A stretch of 64,000 nucleotides of DNA from an uncultured Phycisphaerales bacterium (GCA_938084645.1 CALKEP010000054.1:1-64000); one strand, 5' to 3'; shown: positions 32,101-41,345, numbered from the stretch's first letter. Numbers and translations are program-made. Notes: a model not told the origin generated them from the sequence alone.

Positions 32101-32831
32101 ACCACGCCGAGCCGGCCCCGGGCGATCCCGGCGAGATCCTCGATGCCGGCGCCGCACGCATAGTGGTCGAGATTCGACAACTGGTTCTCGATCGTCGTCC
32201 CGCTCTGGGCGAGCGAGGTGATCGTCGATGTGCGGGCGGTCGCGGCGAGATCGACGAGCGTTCGGGAGAACCGCCCGGTGGCGTCGCCGATTCGCGGACG
32301 ACTCGGGGGGTGCTCGACGATCCGCGTGCCGATCATCATCAGGGAGTGGGCCCCGGCGAGACTCGCGGCGAGCCCGACGGAGTCGTCGGGATCGATCCGC
32401 AGGATCAGGCGTTCGTCGGCCAGCCACCCCGAAAGGTCGAGTCGCGAGAACACGGCACGGAGCAGCGCCACATCGGTCTCCAGCACCACCACCACGCCGG
32501 TACCGCGCAGGCGACGGACGAACGCCTCGACATGATCACCGAGACCGAACCCGATGATCGCGATGCATGCCTGTTCCGCGACATCGATCTCCTCGACCAG
32601 TCGCGTGGTCTCCGCCGCGGGCCGACGTGCGCTGGCGAGCCGACGTCCGTCCCACGTACCCGTGAGCCGACCGTCCTCGGCGATCTGGATCTCGATCTCG
32701 CGGTCGTCGGCCGCCCGGATCGCGGCCCGGGCGACGTGATTCAAGGGGCCGAGCGCCTCGAGGTTCGCGGCCAGCGTGTCGGTGGACTTCGGTCCGACCG
32801 CGGAGGGTTTCGACGGGGCGGATGGAATCAT
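29154..32831 (-). CDS. Maf-family (DUF115/MptE-like) glycosyltransferase fused to a degenerate cytidylyltransferase-like domain and a Cys-less radical-SAM/SPASM-like domain
   Basis: Maf motifs VSAGPSL, TTVAH, LIGQDLGF, DATEGG. Middle domain: LGGRSILQRTLER, VGADWPFV, RFAVDTPRE. C-terminal part: VELNT...GAGDPVLHP...IRTD and VLADGSV...IGRVGERSLQELW. Confidence 0.8.
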   Translation of the reverse strand: MIPSAPSKPSAVGPKSTDTLAANLEALGPLNHVARAAIRAADDREIEIQIAEDGRLTGTWDGRRLASARRPAAETTRLVEEIDVAEQACIAIIGFGLGDHVEAFVRRLRGTGVVVVLETDVALLRAVFSRLDLSGWLADERLILRIDPDDSVGLAASLAGAHSLMMIGTRIVEHPPSRPRIGDATGRFSRTLVDLAATARTSTITSLAQSGTTIENQLSNLDHYACGAGIEDLAGIARGRLGVVVSAGPSLRRNLSVLAGPGVRDRCAIVATQTTLRPLLDAGIAPHFVTALDYHEISSRFYEGLDPASLEDTELVIDSRVNRAVTEAWPGRIRCIPSAQLDEFLGPLARGGNRLQASTTVAHLAYTFARHLGCDPVALIGQDLGFTDGLYYAPGTAIHEVWLPELNSFNTVETMEWERIARHRNHLSERHDVNGRRIFTDAQMLNYLQSFEVRFAEDVRNGLRIVDATEGGVRKRNTEIRSLAETIEMHAGGGTSTIAFPRATSPEGRDRDAVIERLGLVRSELDEIAEASDRTLEILGRMLEAQSDASEMNRLFQRLEAPRATVAERASSRRLTDWFNQLATFQRLRADRRIRLADDLEPIDRQRAELERDIVNVRWTRDACRMLGDLLQSTHRLMTDGVFESRLGDSEGVAKAMGVVAPPVAAPTVVAVVPIDPDRGGIGVGRGLNANLGGRSILQRTLERIDSANGITAMALLVPDGFDVDAAIDRTRIEHPIHVHECGARVFGPEQEAIRVARAVAPTSWRGGIHGMTCFDEVFAPGPTAAVLAALDADAALLVGADWPFVAVDEPGGLDEILERHRKHPDSTWVFGQGPPGRTAMVLARSAVEIMRRNRCRVGTIGYQLGYRPEMPEGDPIVGDACVNAEPAVRSAVARFAVDTPREIKRIERAIGPMLLGESSPDSREIAIRLEHRTLSGPLATPRFLRVELNTGRTGRRIGTPEAIEVERPPMQESMFRRIVEPLADAGDAVLFLDGAGDPVLHPRFDDFIEIAMDAGVRVVSIRTDLAGDSSVVDRLLATRVGVVEVDLDAETAATYRLMHGADRFEEVIENLERLVVGRRRLDGDAPAELPIELAFTLPWVVPRFERRAENVDELPEFFERWRRRLGVAVIDGPVRWPAATGTPVDLLSPTWPPPRHDEMVNSVRMTVLADGSVPIAETDLAGLTSIGRVGERSLQELWQELVQRRRDCYEGRREEPAILSPLRP

Positions 32832-32863
32832 GATCGTCGCGACCTCCGGTCCAGCGGATACGC

Positions 32864-33529
32864 TTGCCCGGGGGCGGACCCGTCCGACTCGCCCCGACTC
32901 CCGGAAACGCCATCGTGCCCGACGACGCCCGCGACAGTCTCTTCTCCCAGTGGATTCTCGAGAACCCCTGGCCCTTCACGATCGTCATGCTGCTGATCGC
33001 GGCGACGATCGGCTGGATCGCGATCCAACGCGACGACCGTCGGCCGCTGGTGGTGGCGGGCGTCCTCGCCGGGCTCGCGGTCCTGGCGCTCGGCGTCGGA
33101 ATCGTGGTCGAGACGCCGGCGGAGGCCGCCGCGGCCGCGACGCGGGAGTTCGTCGAGGATGCCGAGGCGGGACGGATCGATCTGCTCGTCGCTCGACTGG
33201 ATCCGGAGGCGACCCTGCATCCGGGCAGGATCGAGAATCCGGGTTTTCCCGTCGAGGATCTGCGGGCGATGCTCGACGCGCTCGGCGGCGTCCATCGAAT
33301 CGAACGGAACTCCATCACCCTGCTCGAGGCCGTGGGAATCGGTGGCGATGCGGCGATGGTCGAACTCGCCTGTCTCACCCGTACCAGCTCCAGTCTCGGG
33401 TACGTGCCTTCCCGCTGGATCTTCGAGTGGGAACGACGAAACGACCGCTGGATGGTCCGATCGATCACCGCGGCGTCGATCGCGGGCCGGACACCCGCCG
33501 GTCGCGACGTCCTGCGGGTGGGGAACTAG
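32864..33529 (+). CDS. Hypothetical membrane protein (two TM helices plus possible NTF2/SnoaL-like domain)
   Basis: Two hydrophobic helices, then ...WIFEWERRNDRWMVRSI; true start may be the GTG near 32915. Confidence 0.7.
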   Translation: MPGGGPVRLAPTPGNAIVPDDARDSLFSQWILENPWPFTIVMLLIAATIGWIAIQRDDRRPLVVAGVLAGLAVLALGVGIVVETPAEAAAAATREFVEDAEAGRIDLLVARLDPEATLHPGRIENPGFPVEDLRAMLDALGGVHRIERNSITLLEAVGIGGDAAMVELACLTRTSSSLGYVPSRWIFEWERRNDRWMVRSITAASIAGRTPAGRDVLRVGN

Positions 33530-33585
33530 AGCCACCGCGTCGCGGTCCTCGTCGTCGAAGCGATGTCGCGGAGTCGATGCCAAGT

Positions 33586-36309
33586 TCATTCACCCACCAG
33601 CGCGGTGTCGAGCACCCGGCCGCCCCCACTGATCGGGATCAACGTCGTGACGCCGAGCGGCCCGCCGATCTCCGTGATCACCACTCGGATGTCCGTTCCC
33701 GCCAGTCGTTCGAGACTTCGCTTGAAGTGGAATCGTCGGATCGCGCGTTCCCCGGGTCCAAGCGAGGAGATCGGACGACGCTCCCGCCCGGTATGCCACG
33801 CCACCGCCTCGAGCTGCAGATCGAGCGGTCGGTCGCCGTGGTTGATCACCTCCGCACTGACCACGACGCCTTGACGCCCATCCCGCGCCGAGGTCGTCAG
33901 CGCCCAGTCCGTCCGAATCTCCAGGTCGTCGTTCCGGATCCGGAGAGGCACGTCGACATCGATTCCGATCCGTTCCTCGGATTCCACCACGATGCGGATC
34001 GGCAGTCGGATCTCACCGGGCACCGGCGGGGTCGTCCAACGAATCTCCAGAGGGATCCGGACGGATCCGCCCCCCGCGGCACGGATTCGCGGCTCGCGCG
34101 GATCGATCGACCAGCCACGCGGCGGCTCGATGTCGAGTCGACCCTCCATGGCGACCTCTCCGGGATTCTCGACGATCAGGTCGACGGTCCCGGGACCGGC
34201 GGCGAGGTCGACCCCCGACGCCTCGAAGTGGAGACCCGCGACGAGCCTGGCGGCGAGCCGCGAGATCCCCCGCACCCGGACCGGCGTGGAGCCCACTTCG
34301 ACGTCGAGCATGCCCTCGGTCGCCATCGCCGGTCGAACGACGCCATCGAGGTCGATGAGTTCGACGTGATCCACGCCGACGGGAAGTCGCACCACCTCGG
34401 TCTGGTCGAGTCGATCGGACCACACCACGAACTCGGCCGAACGCTCGTCGATCGCGATCCAGCAGTGCGCCGTGGGATTCGTCGGCACCACGCCACCGAA
34501 TCGGCGGCCCGCGATGGCCGGTGCGAGGCCGGTCGACGCGAGCATCGCGGGATCCGGTCCATGCGTCGCATCCCAGGGCAGGATCAACTGTTCCGCCCCG
34601 CTGCGCCATGCCGCGAGGAGTCGACGTGCCATCGCATCGACGCGATCGCGAGGACGCCAGATGACCGGCGGAGGCGTGATGCGGATCGATCCCGCGTCGG
34701 TCCCGGCCTCGTCGAGGAGATCCGTCATGGCCACGGCGGACAGGTCGTCGGTCGCGATCACGTAGCGTTCATCGGCCCACGACGGCGACCACCCACCGGG
34801 ACTCACATCGACCGATAGGACGGGGTCCGCGATCAGGGCCTGCATGAGTTCTCGAAGCGCGACGGGTTCCCGTCCGGAGCGGACGCTTCCCGGGATCCGC
34901 CAACGATCGACGATGGTCCCGAAGCGATCGAACCATGATTCGAGTGAATCGCGGACGAGGGAGTCGTCGCCGAGAACCGCGGCACGAACCTCGGTGGGCG
35001 CGATCCGCACCGCATCGGCGAGCCCGCCATGGATCCGATCGATCGCGAGCACGGGCTCGCGATAGTGCGATCGCTGTCGCGCAAGCGTCGACTTGAGCGA
35101 TCCGATCGCATCCGTGCTCCCGATCTCGTCGTTGCCGGCGGGCCAGATCGAGAACTCGACGAGGCCGGGATCCAGTTCGTCGAGGACGTCGGCGGTCGTG
35201 GGAAGATCCGCCACCCTCCAGTCGGAAAGGGCGTACCCGAGCCGCGGAGCCGCGTGGCGTCGACGCTCGCGGTCCTCCGGGAGGACGAGGAACTCCAGGG
35301 TCCGCTCGGTGGCGGCACCGCCGCCAGCCTCGACCACGATCCTCGCTCGATACCACCCCGGCCGATCGGGCCGGACCGAGGCCACCACCGGTCGGCCGCT
35401 CGAAAGAGCGCGGATGGAACGCCGTTCCACCACGGCGCCGTCGAGATCATGAATCTCGAGCGTCACGGACGGAACCGGATCGATCGGGTCGTCGATGGCG
35501 ATTCGAAGATCCACCGGCGCGGGCAGGCGCACGATGCCGGCATCGGCCACGGTCCTGAAGTCGATCCAGGGCAGTTGCCAGATCGCGAGTCCGTCGAACC
35601 AGACCGTGCCACTGACATCCTCGATGCGCGGCTCGTGTCCCGTGGTACGACGTCCCGACGATCTCTCGTCGAATCCCGGTTGCACGACCTGCATCGCGAC
35701 GACGAATCGAAGATCCTCGCCGACCACGCGACACTCGGGACTGGAGGTGTCGACGTCGACCACCAGATTCGTCCAGGCATCGGCGGTGCGGACCGTCTCG
35801 GAGACGAAGCGATCGATGGTCGCCGCTTCCACGGCATCCGGCATGCCCGCGGCGTGCGAACGATCGAGAAGATCGCCATCGACGAGGCGGACCTCGAGCC
35901 GGGCGGCGGCGTTCTCGAGTCCGGTCGTCCGAACGTCGCCGGCGAAGTGGAATCGCGAATCGACCGAGGCGGGCAGCACGACCTCGGGACGGGTGCGGTA
36001 GGAGACCGAGCCGCCCAGGATGTCGATCCGAAGACTCCAGTCGCCGTCGGATCGGCGGAGCTCATCGACGTTGGCCGTGAAGAAGCGATCCTGCGGTGGA
36101 AGTCCGTGGGCCTGTTCGAAGACGTGAGACCAGTCGGCCTTCTGGATGTCCTCGAAATCGAACCGGTGGACCAGACGCCGCGTGACTTCGGGCGGATCCG
36201 GGCCACCGACGGGCGACGAGACAGCGGTCGTCGGCGCGGACGACATCGCGAGCAGCGTCAGGAAGCCGAGTGGGCCGCCGCGACGCACCGAGGAAAACAA
36301 CCATTCCAT
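33586..36309 (-). CDS. Large exported hypothetical protein (CBM-like N-terminus, Ig-like/NEW3-like C-terminus)
   Basis: Signal-like N-terminus; GTVWFDGL jelly-roll-type end motif; VENP...PPRGW Ig-like segment. Confidence 0.7.
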   Translation of the reverse strand: MEWLFSSVRRGGPLGFLTLLAMSSAPTTAVSSPVGGPDPPEVTRRLVHRFDFEDIQKADWSHVFEQAHGLPPQDRFFTANVDELRRSDGDWSLRIDILGGSVSYRTRPEVVLPASVDSRFHFAGDVRTTGLENAAARLEVRLVDGDLLDRSHAAGMPDAVEAATIDRFVSETVRTADAWTNLVVDVDTSSPECRVVGEDLRFVVAMQVVQPGFDERSSGRRTTGHEPRIEDVSGTVWFDGLAIWQLPWIDFRTVADAGIVRLPAPVDLRIAIDDPIDPVPSVTLEIHDLDGAVVERRSIRALSSGRPVVASVRPDRPGWYRARIVVEAGGGAATERTLEFLVLPEDRERRRHAAPRLGYALSDWRVADLPTTADVLDELDPGLVEFSIWPAGNDEIGSTDAIGSLKSTLARQRSHYREPVLAIDRIHGGLADAVRIAPTEVRAAVLGDDSLVRDSLESWFDRFGTIVDRWRIPGSVRSGREPVALRELMQALIADPVLSVDVSPGGWSPSWADERYVIATDDLSAVAMTDLLDEAGTDAGSIRITPPPVIWRPRDRVDAMARRLLAAWRSGAEQLILPWDATHGPDPAMLASTGLAPAIAGRRFGGVVPTNPTAHCWIAIDERSAEFVVWSDRLDQTEVVRLPVGVDHVELIDLDGVVRPAMATEGMLDVEVGSTPVRVRGISRLAARLVAGLHFEASGVDLAAGPGTVDLIVENPGEVAMEGRLDIEPPRGWSIDPREPRIRAAGGGSVRIPLEIRWTTPPVPGEIRLPIRIVVESEERIGIDVDVPLRIRNDDLEIRTDWALTTSARDGRQGVVVSAEVINHGDRPLDLQLEAVAWHTGRERRPISSLGPGERAIRRFHFKRSLERLAGTDIRVVITEIGGPLGVTTLIPISGGGRVLDTALVGE

Positions 36310-36370
36310 GCGTCCGATATCGGCACTTTTCGCGCGTGACTGGAGCTTTACGGCCGATAGAAGAAAGGTC

Positions 36371-37129
36371 ATGGCGTCATCCCCCCGCATCTCACTCACA
36401 TCGGCCCTGATCGCAGCCCTGGTTCGGATCACCCTCATGGTGGTCATCGTGGGTGGCATGCTGATCGCCGGATTGACCTGGTGGACCACGGACCGTGAAC
36501 GCCGGCTCCGAGCCGAGATCACGGCGATCGAGACCCGAATGGTGGCCGAAATCGCCAGTCGGGACGCCGCGATCGCCCGACTTGGACGCGACCGGCGGAT
36601 CGCTCGGCTGGAGGTCGTCGAACGGTCCGAAGATCTGGACGGAGAAGGCCCGAGGACGAGCCTCCTTTTCATCGAACTCGACGACGGGGGCCGGGAAATC
36701 GCTCGCCGCGAGATGGACGTGCCGGGGGACGTGATCTACGTGGACGCCTGGACCGCGAGATTTCCCGCGGAATCGATCGCTTCCGCGGACGATCCCTTCC
36801 GGGATCGAACCCTGGTGCTGCTCCGCAGGATCTACTCCGATCGGATGCCACCCCGCGACGGCATTCCGATCGACACCCCCGGTGGTGTTCCCGACGGCTA
36901 CGCAGGCTCCGACGAGGCACGCTTCGAACAGGCGATCTGGAAACGCTTCTGGACCCTGGCCTCCGATCCGGACGCCGCCGATGCCGCTGGAATCCGGGTC
37001 GCGCAGGGAGAGGCGGTCTACAAGCCGATGCGACCGGGCGAGTCCTACGAACTGCGGGTGGAGGCCGCCGGCGGCATGACGCTGGTACCGGTCCTCGCTC
37101 AGGCGAGCGCGGCGACGCGGGACCCCTGA
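36371..37129 (+). CDS. Hypothetical membrane-anchored coiled-coil protein
   Basis: AAGAAAGG upstream; one TM helix, a coiled coil, then a globular domain ending GIRVAQGE...GGMT. Confidence 0.75.
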   Translation: MASSPRISLTSALIAALVRITLMVVIVGGMLIAGLTWWTTDRERRLRAEITAIETRMVAEIASRDAAIARLGRDRRIARLEVVERSEDLDGEGPRTSLLFIELDDGGREIARREMDVPGDVIYVDAWTARFPAESIASADDPFRDRTLVLLRRIYSDRMPPRDGIPIDTPGGVPDGYAGSDEARFEQAIWKRFWTLASDPDAADAAGIRVAQGEAVYKPMRPGESYELRVEAAGGMTLVPVLAQASAATRDP

Positions 37130-37143
37130 TCGGGGGAGCGTAT

Positions 37144-38106
37144 ATGCTCCTCTTCGCCATGAATTCGACCATTCGAGCCATTCTGACGCTCGCCATGCTC
37201 CTTTCCGCGACCGCTGCGGGAGGCTGCGCGAGCAACTCCATCGAGATCGGCGTGACCACCCGCGCCGAGACCTATCTCGAGATCGACGATCGCTTCGAGT
37301 TGCTCACGGCGGATCCCCCCCGCTGTGCCATGCTCCCGGCGATCATGACCGGTACCAACCCGGGCCGCGGCGTCGCCGCGGACATGGCCATCGACCAGGC
37401 GCTCAAGCGGAACTACCAGACACCGCGGTTCTCGTTCAACGCATCACCCGAACCCGAGCCGATCAACGTCGTCCAGCACTACCAGGTGGCCGACCGGTGC
37501 CTGGACAACGGCCTGCTGGAGGACCTCCGAAAGCTGCTCGCGTCGCACGCGTCGAGCAACTATCCCGATCCGGACGTCGCTGCCAGGATCGCCCGATGTC
37601 TCGGCGTGAGGTATCTCATCTTTCCCCAGGTCACCGGCGTGTCGACGGACAATGCCGGCCGATTCACCTTCGCCGGCCTCACGTTCATCCGCACTGGTTG
37701 GATCTCGATGGAGGGCACCCTGCAGATCTGGGACGCCGAGAGCCGAGGCATGGCCTGGCAGTCCGCCGGGCAGTGCTCGCTGACCGCGGAAAACGTGGTC
37801 GGAATCTCACCGCCGGTCCAGTCGGCGATGGACGCGCTCTTCGGCACCCTGATCGGCGACTTCGCCATCGGCCGCAGCGCCTCGATCGTGAGCGGGACCC
37901 TCGACGAACCGAGTGCCGCCACTCCGACCAGGCTCAAGGTGACCGACTCCGCCCCCGCGAACGAACCAACGCCGGAGAATCCCGCGGCACCCACCTCGAA
38001 CCCCGCCCCCGCCACCGACGAGGCGGGTGGGAAGGCGATCGAATCGAGTGGCACCCCGGCACCGGAGTCGGCACCGGCGCCGAAGCGCGACGGCGGCACC
38101 CCGTGA
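37144..38106 (+). CDS. Lipoprotein, possible CsgG/LpoB-like fold, with Pro/Ala-rich tail
   Basis: Lipobox AGGC; pattern IARCLGVRYLI...LQIWDAESRGMAWQ. Confidence 0.7.
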   Translation: MLLFAMNSTIRAILTLAMLLSATAAGGCASNSIEIGVTTRAETYLEIDDRFELLTADPPRCAMLPAIMTGTNPGRGVAADMAIDQALKRNYQTPRFSFNASPEPEPINVVQHYQVADRCLDNGLLEDLRKLLASHASSNYPDPDVAARIARCLGVRYLIFPQVTGVSTDNAGRFTFAGLTFIRTGWISMEGTLQIWDAESRGMAWQSAGQCSLTAENVVGISPPVQSAMDALFGTLIGDFAIGRSASIVSGTLDEPSAATPTRLKVTDSAPANEPTPENPAAPTSNPAPATDEAGGKAIESSGTPAPESAPAPKRDGGTP

Positions 38107-39158
38107 GCACCTACGAAGTCGACCTGCGAAGCGACACCGTCACCCGACCGACGGCGGCGATGTGGGACGCGATGCGATCCGCGCCGCTCGGCGACGACGT
38201 GCTCGGCGACGAACCGACGGTGATCCGTCTCGAACGGCGGATCGCGGAGATGCTCGGCAAGGAAGCCGCGCTCTTCACGCCGTCCGGCACGATGGCCAAT
38301 CAGCTGGCGATCCGCAGCGTCTGCGAAGGTGGTGACGAGATCGTCGCCCACCACGACAACCACATCATTCACTACGAGACCGGTGGACCAGCCGCGCTTT
38401 CCGGCTGCATGGTCCGAGGCATCGACGGGGTCTGCGGGATCCACGATGCGTCCGCGGTCGCCGAGGCGATCCGTCACCGGGACGTCCATCATCCGCGGAC
38501 CCGCATGGTCGCGATCGAGAACAGTCACAACCGGGGCGGCGGTTCGGTGTGGACCCTCGACGGCTTCGAAGCCGTCGCCGCCGTCGGTCGGGAACGCGAA
38601 CTCCACATCCACGTCGACGGCGCGAGGCTCTTCAACGCCTGCGTCGCCGGAGGCTACGCGCTCGACGAGTTCGCCCGATCGGCCGACACCATCAACGTCT
38701 GCTTCTCCAAGGGACTCGGCGCCCCCGTCGGGAGCGCTCTCGTGGGCCCCGCGGATCTGATCGCACGAGCGCGTCGTTTCCGAAAGATGTTCGGGGGCGG
38801 CATGCGACAGTCCGGCATGCTCGCCGCGGCGGCGATCCACGCCCTGGATCATCATTACGAACGGCTCGCGATCGACCACGAACACGCCCGGATGCTGGCC
38901 GAGGGCGTCGACGCCGTGGACGGACTCGAGAGCGAGAATCCGGTCGGGGGCGTTCGAACGAACATCGTGTTCTTCGACGTCGATCCGGATCTCGCGACCG
39001 CCGATGCGTTCGCCGAGCGAATGACCGCGGCGGGCGTGGCCGCCTACGCGTTCGACCCGACGCGGATCCGCATGGTCACCCACCTCGACGTGGATGCCGC
39101 CGGCATCGCCCGGGCGATCGAGACGATCGGTGAGATCGCGTCCGGCTTCCGGGCCTGA
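38103..39158 (+). CDS. ltaE: Low-specificity L-threonine aldolase
   Basis: [58 protein letters not shown] overlap with upstream gene. Confidence 0.95.
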   Translation: MSTYEVDLRSDTVTRPTAAMWDAMRSAPLGDDVLGDEPTVIRLERRIAEMLGKEAALFTPSGTMANQLAIRSVCEGGDEIVAHHDNHIIHYETGGPAALSGCMVRGIDGVCGIHDASAVAEAIRHRDVHHPRTRMVAIENSHNRGGGSVWTLDGFEAVAAVGRERELHIHVDGARLFNACVAGGYALDEFARSADTINVCFSKGLGAPVGSALVGPADLIARARRFRKMFGGGMRQSGMLAAAAIHALDHHYERLAIDHEHARMLAEGVDAVDGLESENPVGGVRTNIVFFDVDPDLATADAFAERMTAAGVAAYAFDPTRIRMVTHLDVDAAGIARAIETIGEIASGFRA

Positions 39159-39177
39159 CGCCCGTCGGAAGGACACC

Positions 39178-39858
39178 ATGCCGGATTCCAATCTCGCCGC
39201 GATCTTCGACCTCGACGGCACCCTGATCGACACCTACGACGCGCATCACGCCGCGTGGCGAACCGCCTGTGCGACGAACGGCATCGAACTGACGCCGGCC
39301 ATGTTCGCGTGGAGCTTCGGCAGGACGAATCCCGCGATCATCCGTCGCTTCTGGACCGATGCCGGCCGCCCGGAACCGGACGACGAGACGATCGAACGCG
39401 TCGCGGATGCCAAGGAGACGGATTTTCGAGCGGAGCTCGACCGGTCGTTTCCGGCGATGCCCGGCGTGCCCGAACTCGTCCTCGGCCTCCGTGAAACGGG
39501 CTTCGCGATCGCGATCGGCACCAGCGCTCCGCGCGAGAATCTCGAACTCGCGGCCGATCGGCTCGGCATCGCCGATCTCATCGACGCCTCCGTGTGCGGC
39601 GGCGAGGTGACCCACGGCAAGCCGGATCCCGAGGTCTTCCTGCTGGCCGCCGAACGTCTCGGCGTTTCGCCCGGCCGATGCGTCGTCGTGGAGGACGCCG
39701 GCGCGGGAATCGACGCGGCGCAGGCCGGAGGCATGTCCTCGATCGGGATCGTGTCCACCGGCCGGACCGCCGCGGAACTCGACCACGCCGATCTCGTGGT
39801 GGATCGATTCGATGTGCTTCGTCCCGCCGATTTCCTTCGACTCCTCGACGGTCACTGA
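39178..39858 (+). CDS. HAD-family phosphatase (beta-phosphoglucomutase-like)
   Basis: IFDLDGTLIDT, GTS, GKPDPEVF, VVEDAGAGIDAA. Confidence 0.9.
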   Translation: MPDSNLAAIFDLDGTLIDTYDAHHAAWRTACATNGIELTPAMFAWSFGRTNPAIIRRFWTDAGRPEPDDETIERVADAKETDFRAELDRSFPAMPGVPELVLGLRETGFAIAIGTSAPRENLELAADRLGIADLIDASVCGGEVTHGKPDPEVFLLAAERLGVSPGRCVVVEDAGAGIDAAQAGGMSSIGIVSTGRTAAELDHADLVVDRFDVLRPADFLRLLDGH

Positions 39859-39926
39859 CCGATCCAAGAGACATCGGACGCCTGCCCCGCCCGCGGGGCG
39901 GCTCGCCCTCCATCACCCGAGATCAC

Positions 39927-41048
39927 ATGCACGACCCTCGATTCGACCGACTGGCGGAACTTCTCGTCTCCCACTCCACCCGACTGACCTCCGGCGAGCA
40001 CCTGCTCGTGGAGTCCTTCGACGCTCCCGACGCGTTCGTGGCGGCCGTGGTCAAGGCCGCGCGAGCCCGGGGCGCCCATCCGCACGCGGCATTGCGGTCC
40101 ACCCGCGTGCTGCGGACCCTGGTCGACGGCGCCGACGAGGCCCAGATCGACGCCTGGGCGGACATCGACGCCCACCGGATGAAGGCGATGGACGCGTACA
40201 TCGGGGTCCGAGGCGGTGAAAACGCGAGCGAGATGGCGTCGGTCGACGAAGCGTCGATGAGCCTCTTCGGTCGGAAGTATCAGAAGCCCGTCCACTTCGA
40301 GGAGCGGGTCAAGCGCACCAAGTGGTGCGTGCTCCGGTGGCCCACGCCCTCGATGGCACAGCTCGCCGGCATGAGCACCGACGAGTTCGAGGACTTCTAC
40401 TTCCGGGTGTGCTGCCTCGACTACGGTCGGATGTCCACCGCGGCCACCGCGCTGGTCGATCGCATGAACCGGACGGAGCGCGTGCACATCCTGGGTCCGG
40501 GCGACACCGATCTCCGATTCTCGATCAAGGACATTCCGGCGGTGGCCTGCTGCGGCGAGATGAACATCCCCGACGGGGAGGTCTTCACGGCGCCGGTCCG
40601 AGACTCGATCGAAGGCGTGGTCGCCTACAACACCGCCACCATCTACCACGGCGTTCCGTTCGAGAACGTCCGGCTGGTCTTCGAGAAGGGACGGATCGTC
40701 GAGTCCTCCGCGACCGTCGGCGGGGATCGGCTGGAGGAGATCTTCGATGCGGACGAAGGCGCCCGCTTCGTCGGCGAGTTCGCGATCGGCTTCCACCCGC
40801 ACATTCTCCACCCGATGAAGGACATCCTCTTCGACGAGAAGATCGCGGGCAGCTTCCACTTCACGCCGGGGCAGGCCTACGACGAGGCCGACAACGGGAA
40901 CCGAAGCGAGATCCACTGGGATCTGGTGTGCATCCAGCGACCCGATTTCGGTGGCGGCGAAATCCGCTTCGACGACGAGACGATCCGGAAGGACGGCCTC
41001 TTCGTCACCGACGACCTCCTGGATCTGAATCCCGACCGGCTCGGTTGA
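39927..41048 (+). CDS. Aminopeptidase, M29 family
   Basis: MHDPR start, NIPDGEVFTAP, GEFAIG, LFDEKIAGSFH, SEIHWDLV. Confidence 0.93.
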   Translation: MHDPRFDRLAELLVSHSTRLTSGEHLLVESFDAPDAFVAAVVKAARARGAHPHAALRSTRVLRTLVDGADEAQIDAWADIDAHRMKAMDAYIGVRGGENASEMASVDEASMSLFGRKYQKPVHFEERVKRTKWCVLRWPTPSMAQLAGMSTDEFEDFYFRVCCLDYGRMSTAATALVDRMNRTERVHILGPGDTDLRFSIKDIPAVACCGEMNIPDGEVFTAPVRDSIEGVVAYNTATIYHGVPFENVRLVFEKGRIVESSATVGGDRLEEIFDADEGARFVGEFAIGFHPHILHPMKDILFDEKIAGSFHFTPGQAYDEADNGNRSEIHWDLVCIQRPDFGGGEIRFDDETIRKDGLFVTDDLLDLNPDRLG

Positions 41049-41072
41049 GACCATCCGGGATGATCGGCTCGA

Positions 41073-41345
41073 TCATCCCCCGCCGTCGGGGAAGTCGCCG
41101 GACTTCTCGAGTTCGCGAGCCGCGGCGTCGTCGAAGACGGTGTCGGCCTGACGACCGATCGCCTCCTGGCGTTCCTGCATGTCCGCGATGGTGTCCTCGG
41201 AGAATCCCTTCGCCTTGCCGAGGGTGGAGTTCGGCGTGTCGTCGACGACCGGCGCGTAGTCGTCGTCCACCGATTCCTCGCATCCGAGGATCGCGGCGAG
41301 TCCCGCGAGCGTCACGACGATCAGTCCGTGTTCGATCCTTCGCAT
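41073..41345 (-). CDS. Small lipoprotein
   Basis: MRRIEHGLIVVTLAGLAAILG|C lipobox; GGAGG upstream; 90 aa. Confidence 0.7.
   Translation of the reverse strand: MRRIEHGLIVVTLAGLAAILGCEESVDDDYAPVVDDTPNSTLGKAKGFSEDTIADMQERQEAIGRQADTVFDDAAARELEKSGDFPDGGG

Noticed and set aside
29049..32996. 1315-aa plus-strand ORF
   Set aside because: Antisense shadow of the Maf fusion; Arg/His/Gly-rich with no domain motifs.
33586..36672. Upstream starts in the ORF track (36672, also 36146, 37497, 39594, 44949, 45361, 50437)
   Set aside because: These extensions overlap neighbouring real genes or regulatory sequence; downstream starts with an RBS or signal peptide were used instead.
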